From assembly GCA_048621635.1 (NCBI GenBank), contig JBMCWH010000004.1, positions 1 to 42,987 on the forward strand: a stretch of DNA of 42,987 nt, given 5' to 3'. Both the position numbers and the translations under genes were made by a program. The stretch is from Patescibacteria group bacterium. Lineage in GTDB: Bacteria > Patescibacteriota > WWE3 > JAUXAW01 > JAYEID01. Under the pieces are notes generated by a model that was not told the DNA's origin, searched no databases, and saw nothing but the letters and a program-made list of their open reading frames with translations. This document shows, in pieces, positions 28,220-37,423 of this stretch. Positions within the stretch are counted from its first letter, which is position 1, and each line of letters opens with the position of its first letter.

Positions 28220-29270
28220 TAAATTAACCGCAAAGATAGACCTACTTTTCTTGGTTTCTGTTTTTGTTTTGGTTCTTTTTGGGCTTGTGGAAATTTGGAG
28301 TACTGATCCGCAATTAGCTCAAAAGCAGTTGCAAGTGGCGTTGGGTGGAATTTTGTTGGCAGGTCTGTTGGTGTTCTTGGATCCTTTCTATGTTCGTCTA
28401 ATATCTCCTCTTCTTTTTGTGGGTTCCTTGCTTTTTTTGGGAGCGGTTGCTCTTTTTAGTTCGCCTGTCCGTGGTGCAAGTAGATGGCTGTCTCTAGGAC
28501 CACTTAGTTTCCAACCTTCGGAGTTTATCAAACTAACTTTGATTTTTATTTTAGCTTTTGTTTATAGTGAAAAAAGGTTAAAACCGCTGTACCGTTTTTT
28601 AATTGGTTTAGTGCTTTTATGTATTTGTGTCCTTCTAGTAGTTCTTCAGCCTGATTTGGGTACAGGTTTGATATTAATAGCTATTTGGGGTGGTGTATCC
28701 TTAGCAGGGGGAACTCCTTTAGTATATTTGTTGATCTTAGCTTTTACGGGATTGGTTAGCTTGCCTGTAGTTTGGGAATTTATTAAACCTTACCAGCGGG
28801 AAAGGATTATTTCTTTTTTAAATCCCCGTGCTGATCCTTTGGGCTCGGGCTACAATGTTTTGCAGGCGATTATTGCTACGGGTTCTGGTGAATTGTTGGG
28901 GAGAGGTTTGGGAAGGGGACCTCAGTCGCAGCTTCGCTATCTGCCGGAAAGGAGTACTGACTTTATTTTTGCTTCTTTGGCAGAGGAATGGGGTTTGTTT
29001 GGTTGTACAATTCTGATCTTTTTTTATTTTGTTCTTTTATATAGGATTTTGATCACTGCTCGCGAAGCCAGTTCTTCTTTTGGGCTGGTGGCGTGCGTTG
29101 GTGTTTTCTTTATGCTTTTGTCTCAGTTTTTTGTAAATGTGGGAATGAATATAGGGATAATGCCTATAACAGGGTTGCCTTTACCCCTGCTTTCTGCTGG
29201 GGGTAGCGCTTTTTTAGTGACCATTTTTTCACTGGGTTTCGTAGCCAGTGTTTATCTTCACCGGAATTGA
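28197..29270 (+). CDS. rodA: Rod shape-determining SEDS protein RodA
   Basis: GASRWL, FQPSEFIK, QPDLGT, KPYQRERI, DPLGSGYNVLQA, LPERSTDFIF, PITGLPLP. Confidence 0.92.
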   Translation: MRIRKPLNKLTAKIDLLFLVSVFVLVLFGLVEIWSTDPQLAQKQLQVALGGILLAGLLVFLDPFYVRLISPLLFVGSLLFLGAVALFSSPVRGASRWLSLGPLSFQPSEFIKLTLIFILAFVYSEKRLKPLYRFLIGLVLLCICVLLVVLQPDLGTGLILIAIWGGVSLAGGTPLVYLLILAFTGLVSLPVVWEFIKPYQRERIISFLNPRADPLGSGYNVLQAIIATGSGELLGRGLGRGPQSQLRYLPERSTDFIFASLAEEWGLFGCTILIFFYFVLLYRILITAREASSSFGLVACVGVFFMLLSQFFVNVGMNIGIMPITGLPLPLLSAGGSAFLVTIFSLGFVASVYLHRN

Positions 29271-29356
29271 GTAGAGTCGTTTCTTAATTTAGGTGTCTTA
29301 GCTTAAATCTTAATTCCTTGCGGATTTGGTGGTAATGTAGTAAAATACTGTCTATA

Positions 29357-29872
29357 ATGGATTATGCCGTGGTTGAATTCTCCGGACAACAATTTCTTGT
29401 TACTGCCGGTGAACAATTGGAAGTAGATCGGTTATCTTTGGAAGAGGGAGAGGATTTTCTCCTCACCCCTTTGTTAGTTTCGATGGGGAAGAATTTAGTT
29501 ATGGGAATGCCGGAGGTTGAGGATGTATCTGTTAAGATGAGGGTTCTCGAACATAAGAAAGGTGAGAAGATTTCTGTTCGTCGGTTCCGTTCTAAGTCTA
29601 GATATCGGAGAAATAAGGGACACCGGCAACCTCTTTCGGTAGTAGAGGTAGAGGAGATAACAGGGGAGTTTGGCGAAGAGAGGGCGGAGGAGGTAGAAGA
29701 AGGAAGTGTTGGTGAAGAGGATGTGCTGGCGAAATTGTCTACTCGAACAAGAAATATTTTAAAAGAAGAGGGAGTTTCATTGCAGGATTTGGCTGGTATG
29801 TCTAGGGACGATCTTTTAGAAATTGAAGGTATCGGTGAATCCCGAGCAGAGGAAATTATTGGGGTTATATAA
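29357..29872 (+). CDS. rplU: 50S ribosomal protein L21 with acidic linker and C-terminal HhH/alphaCTD-like domain
   Basis: YAVVEFSGQQFLV, KGEKI, KSRYRRNKGHRQ; about 70 extra residues ending LLEIEGIGESRAEEII. Confidence 0.93.
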   Translation: MDYAVVEFSGQQFLVTAGEQLEVDRLSLEEGEDFLLTPLLVSMGKNLVMGMPEVEDVSVKMRVLEHKKGEKISVRRFRSKSRYRRNKGHRQPLSVVEVEEITGEFGEERAEEVEEGSVGEEDVLAKLSTRTRNILKEEGVSLQDLAGMSRDDLLEIEGIGESRAEEIIGVI

Positions 29873-29874
29873 AG

Positions 29875-30138
29875 ATGGCAAAATCAAAAGCAACTGGTTC
29901 AAAAGCAAGACAAAAGAAAAGACCTGCTGGGAAAAGATTAGGCCTCAAGGTGGGGGCTGGGGAGGCTGTTGGGCCAGGTGAAATTCTTGTTCGTCAACGC
30001 GGTAGCAATTTCCATGCAGGGAGGAATGTTAAACAAGGACGCGACTTTACCCTTTATTCGCTTGCTGAAGGAGTAGTGAAATTTGGTAATCTTCGTGGTG
30101 GGCGTAAGTCCCTTTCTGTAATTCCTTCTGACAATTAA
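29875..30138 (+). CDS. rpmA: 50S ribosomal protein L27
   Basis: KRLGLK, ILVRQRG, GRNV..GRDFTLY, GVVKF; follows rplU. Confidence 0.94.
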   Translation: MAKSKATGSKARQKKRPAGKRLGLKVGAGEAVGPGEILVRQRGSNFHAGRNVKQGRDFTLYSLAEGVVKFGNLRGGRKSLSVIPSDN

Positions 30139-30247
30139 TTCCTTTTCCTTCACATAAATACAATTACTTACCTGTTCCTAATTTGGATAAATTTATTTTG
30201 TAGAGAATTTGTTTATTAGCTGGGTTTAGACAGCTTGGCAGTTATTG

Positions 30248-30841
30248 TTAGTCCAGTTCGGGATATTTAGGAGTTTTTGTAATAGAAAGCTTTTCTGTTG
30301 GCCAATAGCGGATCCACGCTTTACCTATTATTTCACTACGGGAGACAAGTCCCCATTCACGCGAATCTGAGCTGCCGGATCTGTTATCTCCCATAACAAT
30401 GTAATGGTTTTGGGGGATGTTGAATTTGTGATTTTCGTTAAGAAATGTATCTCCTTCTGTTTTTGTTCCTGGGCTAAGATAGGGTTCTTGGAGAGTTACA
30501 CCCTCTGGGTGGCTAGGGTTGAATATTTTAATTTCTCCATTTTCTATCAAAATACTTTCGTTGGGGAGTCCGATTACCCTTTTAATATAATCGTACTCTG
30601 GGGCTTTGGGATATTTAAATACTACTGTCTCACCTCGTTTGGGATCACGAAAATAGTAAGTTACTTTTTCTGTTAGGAGATAGTTATTGTCGCTAAAAGA
30701 AGGTTCCATTGAGGCACCGTTTACCTGGTGAGTTTGGACTATGAATAAGTAGCCTAGAGCGAAAAGAGCAACGGCGAGGACAACCACCTCTAGTGTGTCG
30801 AGAATAAAGTTTCCAATACCGGAAAGAAGTTTTTTTAACAT
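30248..30841 (-). CDS. lepB: Signal peptidase I
   Basis: N-terminal TM, GASMEP (catalytic Ser), YIKRVIGLP (Lys), MGDNR..SSDSREWG. Confidence 0.94.
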   Translation of the reverse strand: MLKKLLSGIGNFILDTLEVVVLAVALFALGYLFIVQTHQVNGASMEPSFSDNNYLLTEKVTYYFRDPKRGETVVFKYPKAPEYDYIKRVIGLPNESILIENGEIKIFNPSHPEGVTLQEPYLSPGTKTEGDTFLNENHKFNIPQNHYIVMGDNRSGSSDSREWGLVSRSEIIGKAWIRYWPTEKLSITKTPKYPELD

Positions 30842-30933
30842 CTGTTCAATGATACCGACTGGTTAGTTGTCCTTCAAGGACTTTATTGTTAAAATATTGG
30901 TTGAACTGTAGAGTAAGGCTTAGTGTTTGTCAT

Positions 30934-31010
30934 GGTTGCGTAGCTCAGTTGGTTAGAGTGCCACATTCACATTGTGGAGGTCCCTGGTTCGAATCCAGGC
31001 GCAACCACCA
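30934..31010 (+). tRNA. tRNA-Val (CAC)
   Basis: Cloverleaf: acceptor GGTTGCG/CGCAACC, anticodon arm CCACA-TTCACAT-TGTGG, TTCGAAT T-loop, encoded CCA. Confidence 0.95.
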
Positions 31011-31138
31011 CGCTTTGTATCCTCCTTTTCTGTTTTATTATCTTGTACACGTTAGAAGGCCCACAATTCTACTGACGAGTTGCCTAAACTTCGGTGCAAG
31101 GTCATTACTTTTCTTTGCTTTATGGTAACATTGTCTCG

Positions 31139-32398
31139 ATGATAAAAAAGATTGAAATAGCAAAAAATACTCTTTACCAGATTGTTGGTAAATTCTTTAC
31201 TGCATCCTCTACTCTTTTAGTAACAATGCTGGTTACGCGAACTTTTGGCCCAGAAGGGTACGGTGATTTTATGATTATGACTACCTATCCCTCTTTTTAT
31301 TGGATCATGGTTGATTTTGGATTTAATCAAATTGCAGTGAGAAAGATGCGTAGATCTCGCCAAGAATCTGTTCACATTTTTTCCGATCTCCTGTTTCTTC
31401 GTTTTTTTCTTAGCTTGTTCTTTTTTGCAATAGCTTGGATTGTTTTGCGATTTTTGCCCTATTCTGTCGCTGTTAAACAAGGCGCGAGTGTTAACCTGCT
31501 AAGCCTTTTCTTCCTCTCTTTTTTTCAATCTGTGTGTTCTTTATTCCAGGCCCGGTTAGATTACGGTCTTCAACTTATTGCTCAGATTGTTGGCGCGCTT
31601 TCCCGTCTTATTTTGGTTGGTCTTTTTGTTTATCTTGGGTTTAGCACGTTTTACACTGTGATGGGGGTTTTGTTAAGTTACTTTTTCCAAGCTTTTGCTG
31701 GCGCGCTTTTGTCGCGGAAGTTTTTAACTTGGGCTGATTTAAAAGTAAATTTCCCTCGTGCTAAAAAGCTTTTCTTTACCGCCATACCTGTTGGTCTTGC
31801 TCTTGTTTTTAATATTTTGGACTTTAAAATAGACAGTTTGATGCTCTCTATATTGCCCTTACCTGAGGGAATGAAAAACAACGCTGCGGTAGGTTTTTAT
31901 AGTACTGCATTTAAAATTTTCGATGTCGTTTTAGCTTTACCCTTCTTTTTCGTCAGCTCAGTATATCCTGTACTTATTTCCAGGTATAAAGAAAGTAAAG
32001 AGAAGGCTAGGTTCTTGTTTTCTAAAGCTTTTCGTATATTGCTTATGCTCTCTTTGGTCTGTTTTATTTTTGGGGAGCTCTTTGCTTCTTTAATGATTAG
32101 AGTTTTGGCTGGTGGAGAGTTTACTGCTGCTGTGTTACCTTTACGGATACTGTTTATTGGTTTACCCTTGTTTTTTTCTTCTTCTCTTCTTTCGCATACA
32201 GTTATGGTTCTAGATGAACAAAAAAAGCTACCCTGGATTTATGGGTTTGCAACAGTGGTGAATGTTTTCTTGAATTTTATTTTTATTCCTCGCTATGCTT
32301 ATTTGGCTGCGGCAGTAATAACTGGAGTAACAGAACTGCTAATTTTCGTTTATCTTCTACGCTTAGTTTTCCGGAGTAAATTATTTAATAGAGGCTAA
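31139..32398 (+). CDS. Wzx-like polysaccharide flippase
   Basis: IAKNTLYQ, FGPEGYG, DFG, KIDSLML, AVGFYSTA, NFIFIPRY; many TM segments. Confidence 0.88.
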   Translation: MIKKIEIAKNTLYQIVGKFFTASSTLLVTMLVTRTFGPEGYGDFMIMTTYPSFYWIMVDFGFNQIAVRKMRRSRQESVHIFSDLLFLRFFLSLFFFAIAWIVLRFLPYSVAVKQGASVNLLSLFFLSFFQSVCSLFQARLDYGLQLIAQIVGALSRLILVGLFVYLGFSTFYTVMGVLLSYFFQAFAGALLSRKFLTWADLKVNFPRAKKLFFTAIPVGLALVFNILDFKIDSLMLSILPLPEGMKNNAAVGFYSTAFKIFDVVLALPFFFVSSVYPVLISRYKESKEKARFLFSKAFRILLMLSLVCFIFGELFASLMIRVLAGGEFTAAVLPLRILFIGLPLFFSSSLLSHTVMVLDEQKKLPWIYGFATVVNVFLNFIFIPRYAYLAAAVITGVTELLIFVYLLRLVFRSKLFNRG

Positions 32399-32405
32399 AA
32401 CTTCT

Positions 32406-33158
32406 TTAGATTTCCTTTTCTTTTAACCGTTGGTAGAGCTCTAGCAGCTCTGCTTTGAAGAAGTAAATAACTGCTTGGGAAAGGATATTTAGCTTCTTTT
32501 TTCTTTTTAGCAGTTTAGGATCAAATATTTTTTCAAATTTTGGTGGTTCTAAACTAATTCCATATTTTTGGTTTGCTTGTGTTATTAACTTGTCTGGTTT
32601 CTCGATGAGTTTTTCTAAAGAAATAAGTAAGCAATGGTCCTTATTTTGCTCGTAAAAGTCAAGTATTTTTTTGTTATAAATTAACCAGCTTCTTGCTGCG
32701 TTAAACGGCCATAGCCGAATAGGCCAGTCTGACCACCTTCTGATTAAGGAATCAATTACTAAGAAAGGGTGTCGGAAGATAAAGATGTAATTTGCGTTGG
32801 GGCATATTTTTTTGTACGGGCGAAGAAAAAGGACAGTGCGCGGATCTTTCCAACCCCAGGTGTTGGAAGTATTTTTTTTATTTTTCTTGTTTACTAGCTT
32901 TTTCAGTTGACTTATATCTTGCGGGGAAAAAGTAGGTCTTTTGGGTGTAAACAGAGGAATTCGTTTATTGTCTAACAGCTTTTGGTGTAGTTCAGTGAAA
33001 TCTGTGTCCTCAAAGAAACCACGTTTGTTATCTGATCTTGAATCCATCAAAGTATTTCCAATGTTTAGCCCGCTTTTTTGCAAATAGTTAGCTAACAAAG
33101 AAGTTCCGGATCTGTGCATTCCGGTGATGATAATTATCTTGTCTTGGGCGTTGTTCAT
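32406..33158 (-). CDS. Sulfotransferase family protein
   Basis: 5'-PSB motif GMHRSGTS, NKRGFFED, WGWKDPR, 3'-PB motif RHP...SL. Confidence 0.85.
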   Translation of the reverse strand: MNNAQDKIIIITGMHRSGTSLLANYLQKSGLNIGNTLMDSRSDNKRGFFEDTDFTELHQKLLDNKRIPLFTPKRPTFSPQDISQLKKLVNKKNKKNTSNTWGWKDPRTVLFLRPYKKICPNANYIFIFRHPFLVIDSLIRRWSDWPIRLWPFNAARSWLIYNKKILDFYEQNKDHCLLISLEKLIEKPDKLITQANQKYGISLEPPKFEKIFDPKLLKRKKKLNILSQAVIYFFKAELLELYQRLKEKEI

Positions 33159-33272
33159 TTTTATTATTATACAGTATTTAATTGACCTCTTTTTTTGCTG
33201 GTGGTGCTTAATTGTTTAATTGGAAGTTACCCAGTTGGTTAACTGTTTTTGTGTTAATATAAGCAAGTAGTT

Positions 33273-34046
33273 ATGCTTTCTGTCATAATTGTAAGTTATA
33301 ATACTCGTGATCTTTTGGCAGAGTGTCTTTCGTCTCTAAACAAATATTTACCGAAAGATTCAGAAGTTATTGTTGTGGATAACGCGTCTGAAGATGGTTC
33401 TGTTCAAATGGTTAGAAAAAGATTTCCCCAGTTTAGGTTGATTGATCTTTATGAAAATAGAGGATTCGGAGGAGCTAATAATGTGGGGGCTTGCCTAGCT
33501 GCAGGGGATTTGCTTTGGTTTTTAAATAGTGATGCTGTTCTTCATTCCTCACCGCGACCTGTTTTGGATTTTTTCGCTCACAATTCTGTTGGTATTTTGG
33601 GTACTAAGTTGGTAGATTCTGATGGGACAATACAGCGCTATGTTTGTGGTTCTTTTTATACACTTTTTACCCCTCTTAGAAAATATCTTCCTTGGGCGCC
33701 TGCTCCTTGGAAGGCTTCCGAACCGCGAAAAGTGGATTGGGTTTCGGGCGCCTCTATGTTTGTGCAGCAATCAGTAATGGATCAGCTGGATGGGTTTGAT
33801 GAGCAATATTTTATGTATTTTGAGGATCAGGATTTATGTTATCGGGCTAAAAAAGCTGGTTACCTTGTGTACTATTTTCCCTTTTACGAGGTGGAACATT
33901 ACGAAGGAGGGAGTTTCTCAAAAAGAAAGGATGCTAAGTTGTTGTATTACAAAACTTTCCGTAAGTTTGTAAAGAAGACCCGGCCTAAATGGGAGTCTTG
34001 GTTGCTTGCTAAATTATTAACTGTTTGGAAAAAGCTGTTATTCTAA
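33273..34046 (+). CDS. Glycosyltransferase family 2 (WbbL-like)
   Basis: LSVIIVSYN, VVDNASEDGS, NRGFGGANN, FLNSD, VSGASM, GFDEQYFMYFEDQDLC. Confidence 0.92.
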   Translation: MLSVIIVSYNTRDLLAECLSSLNKYLPKDSEVIVVDNASEDGSVQMVRKRFPQFRLIDLYENRGFGGANNVGACLAAGDLLWFLNSDAVLHSSPRPVLDFFAHNSVGILGTKLVDSDGTIQRYVCGSFYTLFTPLRKYLPWAPAPWKASEPRKVDWVSGASMFVQQSVMDQLDGFDEQYFMYFEDQDLCYRAKKAGYLVYYFPFYEVEHYEGGSFSKRKDAKLLYYKTFRKFVKKTRPKWESWLLAKLLTVWKKLLF

Positions 34047-35401
34047 TGGATTTTCTTCACTTTCTTGTTTATTGTCTGCCTTTTAGCTTAGTTTTTGGTC
34101 AGTTAGGTAGATTTCCTGGTTTTGGGGGGGAAACTCGTGTCTATATTTGGGATGTTTTGGTTTTTCTAATTGTTGGTGTTTGGCTAGTGGAGAAGCTTCT
34201 CTCTCAATCCAAGATTAAGCTTCCTCGTTTTTGGTTTTTTTTGCTTTTTTTTAACTTTATTTCTTTTTTATCTCTTCTGAACGGTTTACGTTGGTTAGAT
34301 ATGGGTGCTGGGATGGTTTCTGCTGCTTATTGGGTGCGATGGTTTGTGTACACGTTTCTTTATTTTGTCGCTGCTGATCTTTGGCAGCAAGATAGTAAGT
34401 TTAAATGGCGCCTGGCGAATTGTTTTTTGCTTAGTGCTGTTTTGTTAGGCTTACTGGGTTTTTTACAGTTAGTTATTTTTCCTGATTTATCAGTACTTGA
34501 CCCTAATTTGGGGTGGGATCCGCACAAAAATAGATTGGTTTCTACTTGGCTAGACCCCAATTTTTTGGGGGCTTATTTTGTATTATGCCTAAATTTGTCG
34601 TTAGCTAGGTTACTTTCCTTACCTGAGAGGGGTAATAAGGTAGAGCAAGAAAGGCGCACCCACAATTCTGTAGAAGTTGACAAGATTTCTAAGTTTATAG
34701 TTGGAATCTTCTATTTTACACAGGATCTATTGTTTGGAATTTGGAATTTTCTTACTAACTCTATGTGGGGAAACATTCTTTGTTGTTTGGTGATTACTGT
34801 TGCTTTGTTGCTTACTTTTTCTCGTAGTGCTTGGGGGATGATGGGAATAGTCTTAGGTTTTTGGGGGATTTTTAGGCTTCGTTGGCTGTTACCCATTATG
34901 GCAGCGCTTTTCTTTTCTGCTTATTTTTTCGTTCCTCGTGTGCAGACTAGGTTGGCGGGGATAACAGACCCGGCGGATTCTTCACAAATGCGAATTGTTT
35001 CTTGGCAGCGGACTTTGGAGATAATTAAAGATTACCCGGTTTTGGGAGTAGGTTTTAATGCGTTCAGATACGCCCAAGAGCGGGGAGGGTATTTTAGGGA
35101 TGAGCGCGGTGTTCCGATAAAAAGTGGGCATTCTGGTGCAGGTTCCGATTCCAGCCTTCTATTGGTTTTTGCTACTACCGGAGTAATTGGGTTATTAGCC
35201 TACCTTTGCCTTTTGGGTAGTTTGGGTTGGTCTTCGTTCTGCGTTTTTCGTAAAAATCCCGATAGGTTACTGTCTTTATCGTTTTTTAGTGGTTTGCTGG
35301 GCCTTTTTGCTGAGTCTAATTTTATTAATTCTTTGTTCTTTTCTCCTTTGCTTATCTGGTTGTGGTTGTTTGCTGCTAATGGGCAGGAGGAAGAGTTATG
35401 A
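34046..35401 (+). CDS. O-antigen ligase (Wzy_C/WaaL) family protein
   Basis: RLVSTWLDPNFLG, LTFSRSAW, RIVSW, PVLGVGFN; multi-TM. Confidence 0.82.
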   Translation: MDFLHFLVYCLPFSLVFGQLGRFPGFGGETRVYIWDVLVFLIVGVWLVEKLLSQSKIKLPRFWFFLLFFNFISFLSLLNGLRWLDMGAGMVSAAYWVRWFVYTFLYFVAADLWQQDSKFKWRLANCFLLSAVLLGLLGFLQLVIFPDLSVLDPNLGWDPHKNRLVSTWLDPNFLGAYFVLCLNLSLARLLSLPERGNKVEQERRTHNSVEVDKISKFIVGIFYFTQDLLFGIWNFLTNSMWGNILCCLVITVALLLTFSRSAWGMMGIVLGFWGIFRLRWLLPIMAALFFSAYFFVPRVQTRLAGITDPADSSQMRIVSWQRTLEIIKDYPVLGVGFNAFRYAQERGGYFRDERGVPIKSGHSGAGSDSSLLLVFATTGVIGLLAYLCLLGSLGWSSFCVFRKNPDRLLSLSFFSGLLGLFAESNFINSLFFSPLLIWLWLFAANGQEEEL

Positions 35402-36669
35402 TTTCTTGGCAACAAAAATTAGACAAAATTTTGCTGTTTTTGATCTTCCTTTGTTTAGCTGCGGCTCCTCTTTATGTTATTCGTTTTCACTTTGTTCTCT
35501 CACCTTTAGCCGAGTTTAGTTATCCCACAACTTTACTAGAACTGTTTTTATTTTTACTTTTTCTTGTTTGGGTAATTAGAAAAATATTTAGTTTGGTTTG
35601 GCTGGGGGAGCCTTTAGTTGAAGAGTGGAGTGCGCTAAGTGTCTTAATTTTAATCTTACTAGGTCTAGCTTCAGTTTCAGCGGTGATTTCCCCTGTTTTG
35701 CGTAGCAGTTTGGGTATATTCAAAGCATATTTTTTAGAACCAGTACTATTTTATTTCCTGCTCCGTGATTTGAGGAAAATTGAGACTTTGCCTAAATGGA
35801 TAGTTTCTGGTTTGTTTCTGTCCGGGTTTTGGTTAGCTATTCTTGGTATTGGACAAGGTTTGTTTGGTGTTTTGGCTGTTACCCCACACGAACTGCCGCG
35901 AGCACACGGTGTTTACAACTCTGCCAATGCCTTAGCTTTGTATCTTGGACCCCTTATTATTCTTATCGCTGCTTTTCTTTCTAATCACGACCGAGCTGGA
36001 GAAAACTTTTTCCTTTACAGAAAATCTGTTTTAAGAATTTTGTTGTTGGTATTGTTGGCAGCTTTTGGCTTGTCCTGTTCGTTGGGGGGGATAGTTGGAT
36101 TATTAGCTGCTAGTCTTTTTTTACTTCTGTCTACACGAAATTTTCAGAAGGCTAAGAGATTTCTTTTGTTCAGTGTGCCCTTACTTTTTGTTTTTACAAT
36201 ATTTTTTGTATTTTTTATTGTTCCCCAAATCACTCCGGAAAAAAATATTCCCGTGGCGCGTGTTTCTGATAGTACTGTAGTTATTCGCCTTTGTCTTTGG
36301 GAAGGAACCAGAGATATGCTTTTGCAGCGAACCTCTTTAGGTGCGGGTCTTTCCGGTTTTAAGCATGTGTACAGGGATTTTCGGACCTGTGATAATGAGT
36401 TGCTGGAGTATCCTCACAACATTTTTCTCAATTTTTGGTCAGAAATAGGTTTGTTGGGTGTCCTCGTGTTTCTATTCTTTTGTGGATTGTGGGTTTTTAG
36501 GATAGATGGTGAAGATGTGTCTGGTAGGGGCAAAAGAATCATTGCTAGTGCTTTTTTGGCACAGTTTGTTTACTTCTTAGTCCACGGTTTAGTAGATGTT
36601 CCTTATTTTAAAAATGATCTTGCCTTGCAGTTTTGGACTCTGGTTGCTTTTAGTGTTAACTGGTTTTAG
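35398..36669 (+). CDS. O-antigen ligase (Wzy_C/WaaL) family protein
   Basis: RAHGVYNSANALALY, RLCLW, GAGLSGF, YPHNIFLNFWSEIG, HGLVDVPYFKND. Confidence 0.85.
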   Translation: MISWQQKLDKILLFLIFLCLAAAPLYVIRFHFVLSPLAEFSYPTTLLELFLFLLFLVWVIRKIFSLVWLGEPLVEEWSALSVLILILLGLASVSAVISPVLRSSLGIFKAYFLEPVLFYFLLRDLRKIETLPKWIVSGLFLSGFWLAILGIGQGLFGVLAVTPHELPRAHGVYNSANALALYLGPLIILIAAFLSNHDRAGENFFLYRKSVLRILLLVLLAAFGLSCSLGGIVGLLAASLFLLLSTRNFQKAKRFLLFSVPLLFVFTIFFVFFIVPQITPEKNIPVARVSDSTVVIRLCLWEGTRDMLLQRTSLGAGLSGFKHVYRDFRTCDNELLEYPHNIFLNFWSEIGLLGVLVFLFFCGLWVFRIDGEDVSGRGKRIIASAFLAQFVYFLVHGLVDVPYFKNDLALQFWTLVAFSVNWF

Positions 36670-36675
36670 TTCTTC

Positions 36676-36704
36676 TTGACAGTTTTTGTTGATAACGGTA
36701 ATCT
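36676..36704 (+). promoter_or_regulatory. sigma70-type promoter
   Basis: TTGACA (36676-36681), 17-nt spacer, TAATCT (36699-36704). Confidence 0.6.
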
Positions 36705-36929
36705 AAGATTACTTGTTTAGGGTAAGCCTTTCTATTAGATCTTGAATAAGAGTGGTCTCGGCCCTTTTGGTGTGAGACCAACGGGTTTAAAATTCAAGGC
36801 TCTGGGGCTTTGGATTGGAGAGAGCTTTGTTGGTCTCACATCTTTAATATTTTCCTCTATTTTTCTTGTTTTTGATTTGATTACACTTCTTGCTTGTTAG
36901 ATACTTCTTTACTTTGCTATAATTTGAGC

Positions 36930-37418
36930 ATGCGTAGATTGAAAGACTTTTTTCGCGCCTTGTTTTACGTTTTTAGGTATGGAAGCAAGGTAATGTTTAA
37001 GGATAATCTTACGGGGTTATATAACCGCCAGTTTTTTGATAGAGTAGCGGATATTGAGATTTCTCGCGCTCTTAGGTATGATCACCCTCTTTCCTTGGTT
37101 CTGATTGATTTGGATGATTTTAAAAAATATAACGACCAGTTTGGACATTTACAAGGAGATCAAATTCTTCAGCGGGTAGGTAAAGCACTTTGGGAAAATT
37201 CCCGTGAGAGTGATATTCCTGCTCGGTGGGGTGGCGATGAATTTGTAGTGTTGCTACCGGATACGGATTCGGATAGTGCAAATGTCTTTTGCACACGTGT
37301 GGAGGAGAATATACCTGTGATTGATATTACTTACGGATTTTCTTCTCTAGCAGATGGTTGTGAGACTTTGTCTTGCTTAATTTCTATAGCAGACAAGAGA
37401 ATGTATCAGCATAAGTGA
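36930..37418 (+). CDS. Stand-alone diguanylate cyclase (GGDEF domain)
   Basis: DNLTGLYNR, DLDDFKKYNDQFGHLQGD, I-site RESD, RWGGDEF, ADKRMY. Confidence 0.92.
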   Translation: MRRLKDFFRALFYVFRYGSKVMFKDNLTGLYNRQFFDRVADIEISRALRYDHPLSLVLIDLDDFKKYNDQFGHLQGDQILQRVGKALWENSRESDIPARWGGDEFVVLLPDTDSDSANVFCTRVEENIPVIDITYGFSSLADGCETLSCLISIADKRMYQHK

Positions 37419-37423
37419 TTTGT

